From Pirellulaceae bacterium (lineage in GTDB: Bacteria > Planctomycetota > Planctomycetia > Pirellulales > Pirellulaceae): a stretch of DNA of 64,000 bases. Made by a program: the position numbers and the translations under genes. The notes below the pieces were generated by a model. That model was not told where the DNA came from and did not search any database. It was given only the letters and a program-made list of their open reading frames with translations. Of this stretch, positions 55,437-64,000 are shown piece after piece. The number at the start of each line of letters is the position of its first letter. The first letter of the stretch is position 1. The stretch covers positions 2,271 to 66,270 of the forward strand of contig JANOAI010000229.1 of assembly GCA_031411055.1 (NCBI GenBank), written 5' to 3'.

Positions 55437-57614
55437 ATGCCTAAGAGAAAATTTTTCGCTCTTTGGTTGCTGATTTTTGGGGGCCTAATTGGGTATTCGA
55501 AATCAACGGAGGCCGGAACTTTTTCGGTCGCTACACGTGACGAACTTCTGGTTCTGACCTCGAAACTTCAAGCCGCACAATTTTTAACGCATGCAACGTT
55601 CGGTCCAACGCAAGCGGCCATTGACGCACTTGCGACGCGAATGCGCGAGATCGGGACGATGGCTGCTGCGTCCGAGTGGATTGATCAGCAAACCGCTACG
55701 ACCCTCTCGAAATCATTGCATTTGCCAACCGCCGAAGCTTACATCGCTCAAGACCTCGCTTTGTGCACAGCCGTCAATTCGTCAGGCGCCGCGATCACAC
55801 CGCTGACGACTGCTCATGTTCCGAATAGAACCAATTATCGAATGAATGCTTGGTTCAATAATACGATCCAAGGTCCAGACCAACTTCGTCAACGGACTGC
55901 CTGGGCCCTTTCGCAAATCATCGCTGTTGGCAGCGGCGGCTTTGACAATTTCACAACGGACTCGATGGAAACCGCTGGTGGAATCGGCCCCAACGGTGCG
56001 GTGGCGACGAAGTCTCGCTACCTTGGACAAATCGATTTTTACGACATCTTCGTTGACAACGCCTTTGGATCGTATCGAGATATTCTGCAAAAAGTAACGT
56101 ATCACGGAATTATGGGCGATTGGCTCAGCAGCCGTGGAAATGCAAAAGCCAACGTCGCCGCCAATCAATATCCTGACGAAAACTATGCACGCGAAGTTAT
56201 GCAGCTGTTCTCGATTGGTCTAGCCGTGTTGAACCCGGACGGGACCCAGGTTCTCGATGGGAATAACGAGCCAGTACCGACCTACGATCAAAATACGATT
56301 CGCGAGTATGCGAAGGTTTTCACGGGTCTCGGATACAACGGCACCGGCGGTGCGTACAATACGTCTGGCAACACAGGCGGCTTTCAGACCGGCGTACGCT
56401 ACTTGACTCCGATGACCATGGCTTCTTCGCAACATGATGTCGGCGCCAAAACACTTCTTGGACGCAACTTGTTGGCGATAACGACGGTCAATCGCGCTAA
56501 TTGCGACGCCGATGTCACGGCCGCACTCGACAGTCTTTTTCAGCACCAAAGTTGTGCTCCATTCATCTGTAACCGACTGATTCAACGCTTGGTCAAGTCG
56601 AATCCATCGCGGTCCTATATGACGCGAGTCGTATCTGCGTTCAATAACAACGGTAATAATGTCCGTGGTGATCTGAAAGCCGTCGTCCGAGCGATTCTGC
56701 TCGATCCTGAAGCTTGGCAGCCTGTGCGAACCCAATATCTTCGCAATCCGAATCGTATCCTCGTTACAACAATGGGAACGGAAGATACACGTGTGCAAGA
56801 ACCAATTATCAACTACACACGAGCAATACGCGGTCTCAAAGGGGTTGCGTATTACGAAAAAGGGACGACGTCACTGAACACAGCCGTTCCGCCAACGGGC
56901 GTCGTAACGACTTACGACTCCGCTAACCCCCTTTCGAATGACTTCCGGTTGCAGTCTCGCTTTAACGAGCTAGAGCAAAGCCCTTATCTCACTCCGAGTG
57001 TGTTCAACTTCTATTTGGCTGACTATCAACCGTCCGGCGACATCGCCAACTTCAATCCTTCCAGCCGAATTCCGCTCGGCGAGGTAGTTACCCCGGAAGT
57101 CCAAATTCTCAACGCCATTAGTGCGAATCGCACCGTGAATTTGTTCCGAACTTTGGTTCTCTCGGGTATCACACAACAACAAATGAACGTTGGCAGTTTC
57201 CTGGCTGGCACACCTGGCGATCCTCTTGCGGTCCCACCTGTTCTTCCTACGGATCCCTCGGTTAAAAATGCGACTAGTACCAACACCGCTAACGACATAA
57301 CAACGATGTTGAATTCGACCCGATGCCGAGTCGTTTTGGATGCTTCGGCTCCGTTTGCCTCGCTCGCAACGCAAGCGAATATCGCGCTTACGATGCCGAA
57401 CAGTCCAACGGGTCCAACTGCCCTGATTGAAAACATCGATTTGCTTCTCTGCCAAGGTACCATGAACGACAGCTATCGAAATAAGCTGATGCAGGTACTA
57501 GCCAATCGTCGAGCCTCGTTTGGAACATCGGTTGACAATACCGAGGCCCTAACCATGGCTCGATCGGCATTAATTTCCGTTCTCAATTCGCCAAGCTTCT
57601 TAGTGAGCAAATAA
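55437..57614 (+). CDS. DUF1800 domain protein
   Basis: 725 aa with a signal peptide, FLTHATFGPT, and a strong SD (AGGAGG) 6 nt upstream. It sits in the canonical position ahead of a DUF1501 gene. Confidence 0.75.
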   Translation: MPKRKFFALWLLIFGGLIGYSKSTEAGTFSVATRDELLVLTSKLQAAQFLTHATFGPTQAAIDALATRMREIGTMAAASEWIDQQTATTLSKSLHLPTAEAYIAQDLALCTAVNSSGAAITPLTTAHVPNRTNYRMNAWFNNTIQGPDQLRQRTAWALSQIIAVGSGGFDNFTTDSMETAGGIGPNGAVATKSRYLGQIDFYDIFVDNAFGSYRDILQKVTYHGIMGDWLSSRGNAKANVAANQYPDENYAREVMQLFSIGLAVLNPDGTQVLDGNNEPVPTYDQNTIREYAKVFTGLGYNGTGGAYNTSGNTGGFQTGVRYLTPMTMASSQHDVGAKTLLGRNLLAITTVNRANCDADVTAALDSLFQHQSCAPFICNRLIQRLVKSNPSRSYMTRVVSAFNNNGNNVRGDLKAVVRAILLDPEAWQPVRTQYLRNPNRILVTTMGTEDTRVQEPIINYTRAIRGLKGVAYYEKGTTSLNTAVPPTGVVTTYDSANPLSNDFRLQSRFNELEQSPYLTPSVFNFYLADYQPSGDIANFNPSSRIPLGEVVTPEVQILNAISANRTVNLFRTLVLSGITQQQMNVGSFLAGTPGDPLAVPPVLPTDPSVKNATSTNTANDITTMLNSTRCRVVLDASAPFASLATQANIALTMPNSPTGPTALIENIDLLLCQGTMNDSYRNKLMQVLANRRASFGTSVDNTEALTMARSALISVLNSPSFLVSK

Positions 57615-57634
57615 ACTTCCTACTTTCTTAGTTT

Positions 57635-57659
57635 GAGAGCAAGCGTCTCGCTTGCTCTC
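57635..57659 (+). other. intercistronic 11-bp hairpin without T-tract
   Basis: GAGAGCAAGCG-tct-CGCTTGCTCTC. It lies 21 nt after the DUF1800 stop. Confidence 0.5.
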
Positions 57660-57782
57660 GCCAACGAAGTCTTACCTTTTATCCGATTGACTCAGTATTA
57701 AGACGCCTCAATCGGGTAAACGCGCACTAAAGCAATTGACATTCCACAACAAAACAAACTGAATTCACAAGGATTACTACCC

Positions 57783-59402
57783 ATGCTTCGACGCAATTCA
57801 AGCGATGATTCCAAAATGTCACGCTCGCGCCGCCAGTTACTCCAATACGGAACCTGCGGTGCGATGGGTTCGACAACCTTTTTGTCGACCATGCTCAATC
57901 TCCGCCTGACAAGCTCAGCCTTGGCAGCAGCTCCGTTGCCTACCTCGGGTTACAAAGCCCTCGTTTGTATTTTCCTCAACGGTGCAATCGACGGCTATCA
58001 AGTTTTGACTCCTTTCGGGGATACGACCGGTGATACAGCGTACGCGAACTATGCGGCGTCACGATCGAATATGTCGTTGAAGCGAGAAGACCCATCGAAT
58101 CCTGGGAATCCAGGCAACGGTTGGGACACTGCAGGTCAGGCTGCCGGCGCGACCTACGGCTATCTTCAACAAATCAACGATGCGAACACCGGAAAGAAGT
58201 ATGGCCTTCATCCACGGTTTACGCACTTGAAGAATTTGTACAATGCCGGCAAGGCAACGTTGGTCGCGAATGTAGGCGCTCTAGCAGATCCTATTGCGAA
58301 CAAGACGGAGTACGGGCAAGCCGCGAAGAAGAAGCCGATTGGTTTGTTCAGCCACTCTGACCTTCAGCGTCACTGGCAGACCGGTGTCCCTCTTTCGCGA
58401 AACCAAGCCAAGGGCTGGGGCGGGAGAATGTCTGACTTGCTAACGGATCCAAGCGCTCAGAACAACCTCAACGTTTATACGTCGGTTTATTCAGCGGTTT
58501 CGACGTTAGGACGCAATATTTGGCAGACGGGTAATGCAAGCGTTCCATATGCTATTTCCGCTCCGACGTCCGCAACCGCCCTGGGTGGAGCAGTCCTCCT
58601 CGACGGTTATGCAAAAGCTGGCACGACGGAGTACAACGGCCTTCCGACTTACGACAAGGATGCGTCTGACATACAAAATGATTTCGTGAATCATCAGTAT
58701 GCAGACCTTCTCGAGAAATCGATCAACGTAGCTCGTACGAACGCTCGTGATGCAGGCGAGAGCTTCAATGTTGCATATACCGCGGCGACGTTGCCAACGC
58801 AGTTGCCAAACGGCGGCGGGCCTGTCTTGCCATTCGATAACAACGGTTTAGGTGCTCAATTGGCGGCTGTCGCTCGCACGATTAAGCAACGTTCCTTGCT
58901 TGGTCAAAATCGCCAGATCTTCATGGTTCAAGTTGGTGGTTGGGATCACCATGCCAACCTTCTGCAGAACCAAAATTCGATGATTCCAGGCATTGACCGC
59001 GGTATCAAATCGTTCCACGATTTCTTAGCAGCAGAAGGGATTCTCAACGATGTCTGTACCTTTACGATCTCGGATTTCGGTCGAACGATTTCTTCGAACG
59101 GTATCGGAACGGACCATGCTTGGGGAAGCAATATGATCGTGATGGGTGGAGCCATCAATTCCACTGGCGGTCCGCGCATCTGGGGAACCTATCCGGATAT
59201 CTTGATGGGATCCAACAGTATTCTTGATACCTCGACCCGTGGAACTTACATTCCAACGACATCAACCGACGCCTATCATGCCGAGTTCTGTCGCTGGATG
59301 GGAATCGCCAACGGAAGTTACCTTGACGCGGTGTTGCCGAATATTCGGAAGTTCTACGCCTCCAATAGTTCTGGAAACCCGATGGGCTTCTTGAATATTT
59401 AG
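57783..59402 (+). CDS. DUF1501 domain protein (sulfatase-like fold, Tat signal)
   Basis: SRSRRQLLQYGTCGAMG (twin-Arg), LFSHSDLQRHWQ, GGWDHHANL and GTDHAWGSN. The start may be the second Met (57816). Confidence 0.85.
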   Translation: MLRRNSSDDSKMSRSRRQLLQYGTCGAMGSTTFLSTMLNLRLTSSALAAAPLPTSGYKALVCIFLNGAIDGYQVLTPFGDTTGDTAYANYAASRSNMSLKREDPSNPGNPGNGWDTAGQAAGATYGYLQQINDANTGKKYGLHPRFTHLKNLYNAGKATLVANVGALADPIANKTEYGQAAKKKPIGLFSHSDLQRHWQTGVPLSRNQAKGWGGRMSDLLTDPSAQNNLNVYTSVYSAVSTLGRNIWQTGNASVPYAISAPTSATALGGAVLLDGYAKAGTTEYNGLPTYDKDASDIQNDFVNHQYADLLEKSINVARTNARDAGESFNVAYTAATLPTQLPNGGGPVLPFDNNGLGAQLAAVARTIKQRSLLGQNRQIFMVQVGGWDHHANLLQNQNSMIPGIDRGIKSFHDFLAAEGILNDVCTFTISDFGRTISSNGIGTDHAWGSNMIVMGGAINSTGGPRIWGTYPDILMGSNSILDTSTRGTYIPTTSTDAYHAEFCRWMGIANGSYLDAVLPNIRKFYASNSSGNPMGFLNI

Positions 59403-59438
59403 CCAGATTCATCCGGAACAAACTTTACGACGTAAATC

Positions 59439-59473
59439 AATGCGGCACGCTCAAAACGCGTGCCGCATTTTTC
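59439..59473 (+). terminator. intrinsic terminator
   Basis: AATGCGGCACGC-tcaaaac-GCGTGCCGCATT running into TTTTT. Confidence 0.75.
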
Positions 59474-59632
59474 TTTGATTGTTGTCAAAAATTGGATCGG
59501 CTCGGTTTCTAAACGATTCAATAATCGATAGTCGACTTTCGCTCCGAGGTTGTGAGTTTTTCAGTGTCGCCCGTCGCTCCGCGTCGGTAGCGTGCGTAAC
59601 GAGACAATATGGCTATATACGTTCCTGACTTC

Positions 59633-59788
59633 ACCCTCCCTTTTGGGAGGGTCGAGGAGGAGGAACGACGACGAGGGGAGGGAATATGGTGACGAAACAT
59701 TCGAAATCTCACCCTCCCCGCTGGCTCGTACCTCGCCATCGACCCTTCCGCTCTTCGCGGGAGGGTGAAAGTAGATGGCATTGGGCGA
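59633..59788. repeat. cluster of family repeats (two ACCCTCCC/GGGAGGGT hairpins plus a 20-mer shared with 18538)
   Basis: ACCCTCCC-tttt-GGGAGGGT at 59633-59652. TCACCCTCCC (59709-59718) pairs with GGGAGGGTGA (59759-59768). AAAGTAGATGGCATTGGGCG at 59769-59788 is identical to 18538-18557. Confidence 0.7.
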
Positions 59789-59805
59789 AAGCCATCGGAG
59801 CGCCA

Positions 59806-60645
59806 TCAAGCCTCGATTTTTTCGGCGACGAACACGCCATACTCCATCGCCCCGGAGTTGTATGCGTTGAGAATCGCGTCGAAGTGATCGAGGAAAAGTA
59901 GATGGTTTTTTCCTAACAACTTGGCAAGCTGACGAGCCCCGGTGCGTTCGACTCGCCGCTTGCAAATCTCCCAAGTTTGTTTGACTCGGTCGGTCCAGAT
60001 TTCACTAACGGTTACCTCCAACCCTGCCCCCTGAAACCATTCGATGTAGTCGTGTTGACTTCCGAGCGACGGACAGAACATCCCTTTGCAAACGCTTTGG
60101 GCCAATGCTTGTTTCTCCAGGCTAAGTGGTTCGTTACCAGCTAACCAGGCGCACAATGCAAATTTACCCCCCGGTTTTAGCCAGGTCGCAGACTTTCGAA
60201 AAAAAGCCGGCTTATCAAAAAGGTGCTCGGTACATTCAATACTCCAAACAATGTCGGATTGCGCGAGCGGGAATTCGACCTCCTCCGCGTCGGCGCAAAG
60301 AAATTGGGGGACGGGTTGGACGCGGCTCAGGCGTGTGGCTTTCTCTGCCCACCAGCGTTGGACTGGACTAAGCGTGACTCCGGTCACTTCGCAAGCCAAA
60401 TTCTTCGCCAGCCACCGACTCGATCCACCCATACCACAACCAATATCGTAAATCTTGGAATGGCGTGGAATTTCAGCCCGTCGCGCAAGCTGGGCAATAA
60501 GTTTTTCTTGAGCGTTGGCGGAGGACTCATGCGCGTCCCAATATCCATGGTGAATGTGGGGACCCCAGAACAAACGATAAAACGGCGTTACTACGTCGTA
60601 ATGATTTCGAATGACCGATTTTTCGATGTTGGGACAGCCGATCAT
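59806..60645 (-). CDS. class I SAM-dependent methyltransferase
   Basis: IRNHYDVVTPFYRLFWGPHIHHGYW and IYDIGCGMGGSSRWLA (motif I). 279 aa. Confidence 0.8.
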   Translation of the reverse strand: MIGCPNIEKSVIRNHYDVVTPFYRLFWGPHIHHGYWDAHESSANAQEKLIAQLARRAEIPRHSKIYDIGCGMGGSSRWLAKNLACEVTGVTLSPVQRWWAEKATRLSRVQPVPQFLCADAEEVEFPLAQSDIVWSIECTEHLFDKPAFFRKSATWLKPGGKFALCAWLAGNEPLSLEKQALAQSVCKGMFCPSLGSQHDYIEWFQGAGLEVTVSEIWTDRVKQTWEICKRRVERTGARQLAKLLGKNHLLFLDHFDAILNAYNSGAMEYGVFVAEKIEA

Positions 60646-60962
60646 AGTGGCAAGCCCTGTAATTCTCTCAGAATGAGCATGGGTTTGTTCTGTATAAAAA
60701 AAGTTTTCGAGTTTGAACGGCGTATTTGTGGAACGATTCTCTGGAATCTAAACACAATCGGCAGTATCACGTTTGCATGTTCCCATCGATGAAGGCTGGC
60801 GTCAATTGTGTCGGATATCCCGTCGCAGTCTACTTGATGCCCGGCACGTCGACTGAGAGGCTATCATGTATCATGCTCAATACCAGGCGCTGAGAACGTG
60901 TTTACACATTCAAAGTAGCTGGACAATTTCACTAACCTTACTCATCTTGCCAAGTCGGCCCA

Positions 60963-63209
60963 TTGATTCGATTTCAGCGCATTTCCTTTTTTTCTACGCT
61001 CTTGATTGCCAGTCTGATTCCATTTGGAATACTAGCGCTGGTTCGGTTGCCCGTTGGCTCCGCGGGCTTGCATGAATGGTTGCCCAAAGGGCGAATTGAA
61101 CGTCAGCAATACGACGATTTTCTAAAGGCCTTCGGCAACGATCAGGTGTTGCTTATCTCATGGGATGATTGTTCCGTGCGCGATTTGCGACTTATCGCGC
61201 TTCGAGAGCGATTGAATGAACGAACCGGACAGGCTGATTCGTTGATCGCGTCGATCGAATCGACGGATCTCGTGCTCGGTCGTCTCATGGAACCGCCGTT
61301 ACGTCTCAGCCAAAACGAAGCCAACGCGAGACTGAGAGGATTCATTATTGGCGACGATGGAACGGCGGCGGTTTTAGTACGCGTGACGGAGCGTGGAATT
61401 CGAAATCAAGCGAAAACGATCGAGGAGATTTTCAAGTCCGCCGACCAGATTGAGAATTTGGGACGAGATCGTTTGCGATTAGCCGGTTCGGTCTTTGAAA
61501 CTTACTCGGTCGATGCCGCATCCGAAGCGAGCCTCGTGAACCTTGTTCCGCCGTCAAGCATTCTTGGGCTCTTGGTCGCTTGGTTCTGTTTGCGGCGTTT
61601 ACGTTTTGCAATCGCCGTCTTGATTCTCGCTGGTTTAGGGCAGTTGCTCGCAGTGGCTTTGGTTTACTACTCGGGAAAACAGTTCAGCGCAGTCATGATT
61701 GTTTTGCCCACCTTGGTATTCATGCTGACGCTTTCGGGGGCGATCCATTTGATAAACTACTATCGCGACATGTGCGCGATAGATTCTCCAAGTGCATCGG
61801 CCCAAGCGATTAGCATTGGTTGGCGTCCTTGTGCGTTATCGAGCATAACAACCGTCTTTGGGATGGGGTCATTATGGACCAGCCAACTTGCTCCGGTGCG
61901 AGAGTTTGGGGTCTTTTCTGGGATCGCACTCTTGTTGGCGACAGTTGCATTGCTTCTCATGTTTCCGACCGTAATCGATTGGCTTGATTGGCGAACGAAA
62001 AACGAATCGCCTCAGTGTCCTAAGCCAGAAATTGGTCGACGTGCTTTAGAAGGCTGGCTTCTGAAATACATACATTGGATTGAGCGCAACGCATCGACGA
62101 TTTCACTTGTCGCCGTCGCACTCTTGTTTGTTAGTTTATTGGGTTTGAGCAAGCTCCGAGCTTCGACCAAATTCACCGACATGTTTCCGATTCGAAGCAA
62201 AGTAAATCAGGACATGCTATGGATCGAAGAACACATTGGCCCGATCGCGTCGATTGAGGTCTTGCTCAATTTTCCAACCGATTCGTCTCTCGCGAACTTT
62301 GATCGGCTCCAATATCTTGCCAACATTTCCAAGACGCTAGTCGAGCTGCCGGAAGTAGGGGGCGTTTTATCGCCGGTAGCGTTTATGCCAAATTGGTCCG
62401 AAAAATCCTCGGTTGCTGCCGTCGCGAAACGAAGTGCTGTTCGAAAGGCCATCGACGAGAATATGCAAACATTTCGCGATCAGAATTGGATCGCGGAAAC
62501 GGATCATGGTCAGGTATGGAGACTAATGGCCAAGGTCTCGTCTACCAGTAGTCAGGATTTTGGTCAGCTGGGTTCGATTGTCGAAAATGCCTGCCATCAA
62601 GAACTGGAAGGAGCCTTGCGTGAAAAGAAGCTCTCATTTCACCTGACGGGGCTGACTCCTTTGATGCACCAAACCCAGGTGACCATTCTCAATGATTTAG
62701 GGAGTAGCTTCCTGACGGCATTTCTCCTCATTACCCCCATCATGATGTGGACTACACGGAGTTTGCTCGGCGGATTGCTCGCAATGGTTCCGAATGTGCT
62801 ACCGGTAGCGATGGCCTTCGGAATAATGGGTTGGTTCGGATATTCCCTTGACATCGCGGGAATCCTCACCGCTAGCATTGCATTAGGCATTGCCGTCGAC
62901 GATACCCTCCACTTTCTTCACTGGTATGTAGACAGGCTCCGAGAGCGGATGTCGACGTTGGATGCAACCACCGAGACTTTTCGAGCCTGTTCTGCGGCCA
63001 TGCTCCATACGACTCTTGTCAGCGGACTTTCGATGACTCCTTTTTTATTCGCCGGTTTTATGCCGACACAACAGTTCGCAAAGCTTATGATTGTGATGCT
63101 GGGTCTCGCGATCGTGGGAGACCTCCTCGTTCTGCCAGCGCTGCTCCTCTCTCCTTTTGGCTTGGTTGTTGTTCGAGCCGTACGTAAAACGTCAGTCAAT
63201 GTCCCGTGA
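60963..63209 (+). CDS. RND-superfamily exporter (MMPL/HpnN-like)
   Basis: 748 aa with two blocks of about 6 TM helices, each preceded by a large soluble loop. The second block has GIAVDDTLHFLHWY. TTG start. Confidence 0.75.
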   Translation: MIRFQRISFFSTLLIASLIPFGILALVRLPVGSAGLHEWLPKGRIERQQYDDFLKAFGNDQVLLISWDDCSVRDLRLIALRERLNERTGQADSLIASIESTDLVLGRLMEPPLRLSQNEANARLRGFIIGDDGTAAVLVRVTERGIRNQAKTIEEIFKSADQIENLGRDRLRLAGSVFETYSVDAASEASLVNLVPPSSILGLLVAWFCLRRLRFAIAVLILAGLGQLLAVALVYYSGKQFSAVMIVLPTLVFMLTLSGAIHLINYYRDMCAIDSPSASAQAISIGWRPCALSSITTVFGMGSLWTSQLAPVREFGVFSGIALLLATVALLLMFPTVIDWLDWRTKNESPQCPKPEIGRRALEGWLLKYIHWIERNASTISLVAVALLFVSLLGLSKLRASTKFTDMFPIRSKVNQDMLWIEEHIGPIASIEVLLNFPTDSSLANFDRLQYLANISKTLVELPEVGGVLSPVAFMPNWSEKSSVAAVAKRSAVRKAIDENMQTFRDQNWIAETDHGQVWRLMAKVSSTSSQDFGQLGSIVENACHQELEGALREKKLSFHLTGLTPLMHQTQVTILNDLGSSFLTAFLLITPIMMWTTRSLLGGLLAMVPNVLPVAMAFGIMGWFGYSLDIAGILTASIALGIAVDDTLHFLHWYVDRLRERMSTLDATTETFRACSAAMLHTTLVSGLSMTPFLFAGFMPTQQFAKLMIVMLGLAIVGDLLVLPALLLSPFGLVVVRAVRKTSVNVP

Positions 63210-64000
63210 AAGCACGTCAGCTTGTACCTGAACGGATGGACGATCCTCAATTGGATCGCGTTGAGCACCGTCGTGCGCTCGATGGGTTACGTCGTGTCAA
63301 TCGGATCAGCGGTACCGCATCCAAAATCGCGAAGAAGATTGAGAGCATTGCACAGTCGATGCGATTGGAATCGTCGAGCGTTCTCGATTTAGGTTGCGCA
63401 AGTGGCGATGTGGCGTATGGCGTCGCAAAACGTCTTCCTAAAGAGAAAGCTTGGCTTTTGGAAGGTTGGGACATGAGTTCGACGGCCATTGACTATGCCA
63501 ACGAACTTCACGGCCATCCACAGGCCCTGAATGTTTTACAGAGGCGAAATCCTAATACGACCTTGCTCTTCAAAAAGACAAACGCCTTTGACGAATCGAA
63601 GCGAACATTTGACTTTGTCTACTGTTCACTCTTTCTGCACCATTTTGACGAGCAACAAGCGATCCAGGTTCTGAAGAAGATGCATGAGCTTGCTCGCTAT
63701 GCAATCATTGTTGACGACCTTGATCGCAGTCGACTTGGCTGGTGGCTTGCCAAGATTGGTGTGCAACTTCTGTCACGTTCCCCGGTCGTACATTTCGATG
63801 GACCGCAATCGGTTCTCGCCGCATTCACGGTGGAAGAGGCTAGAGCCATTGCATCCAAGGCAGGACTTTGTGGTGTTGCGTTCGAGAAACATTGGCCAGA
63901 AAGATGGATGATGACAGCCGGGCGGATTGCATTGACTCCCGAGATAAAGCGAGATCCTGTTCTGGTCGTGCAAACGAATCCAGCCCTGGCTCAGCAGCGT
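63206..64000 (+). CDS. SAM-dependent methyltransferase domain protein (partial or continuing beyond the window end)
   Basis: Not in the ORF track because there is no stop before the window end. GTG 63206 forms GTGA with the RND stop. My translation is MKARQLVPERMDDPQLDRVEHRRALDGLRRVNRISG...VLDLGCASGDVAYGV...FDFVYCSLFLHHFDEQQAIQVLKKMHELARYAIIVDDLDRS..., open to base 64000. Confidence 0.7.
   Translation, partial: MKARQLVPERMDDPQLDRVEHRRALDGLRRVNRISGTASKIAKKIESIAQSMRLESSSVLDLGCASGDVAYGVAKRLPKEKAWLLEGWDMSSTAIDYANELHGHPQALNVLQRRNPNTTLLFKKTNAFDESKRTFDFVYCSLFLHHFDEQQAIQVLKKMHELARYAIIVDDLDRSRLGWWLAKIGVQLLSRSPVVHFDGPQSVLAAFTVEEARAIASKAGLCGVAFEKHWPERWMMTAGRIALTPEIKRDPVLVVQTNPALAQQR

Overview
The gene content of this 64 kb chromosomal segment looks planctomycete (Pirellulales-like). 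It has two DUF1559 prepilin-like genes, a DUF1800/DUF1501 pair, a sulfatase, a PEP-CTERM protein, an SHD1-domain protein, a MoxR-DUF58-BatA-type operon and tetrahydromethanopterin (H4MPT) biosynthesis genes. I support about 47 CDS (two run off the window edges and are absent from the ORF track), two tRNAs (Ile-GAT and Ala-TGC, with no rRNA next to them), several intrinsic terminators and a set of long perfect hairpin or MITE-like intergenic repeats. I saw no rRNA, CRISPR array, transposase, integrase or phage genes. Housekeeping genes include rny, purH, uvrB, guaB, proS, bluB and adenine deaminase. Genes are tightly packed, and three junctions use the overlapping start/stop GTGA (comEA-like/uvrB, BatA-like/VWA protein, RND/methyltransferase). 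The items most worth a second look are: (1) a 1386-aa secreted VWA/TPR/STN-like/(GGGM)n/DUF2135-like/poly-Gly protein paired with a TlpA-like thioredoxin; (2) a roughly 200-nt highly structured non-coding element just after the tRNA terminator; (3) a GxxExxY nuclease-fold gene flanked by triple CACTAAT repeats; (4) four exactly phased 20-nt tandem repeats upstream of the comEA-uvrB string; (5) a 121-bp nested palindrome with flanking 12-nt direct repeats; (6) an ABC ATPase with no canonical start codon; (7) a pabA-DUF447-mptG cluster; (8) a methyltransferase/RND/methyltransferase cluster at the right edge. No single novel system is demonstrated. All product calls come from reading motifs in the translations by eye, and no database search or folding program was run.
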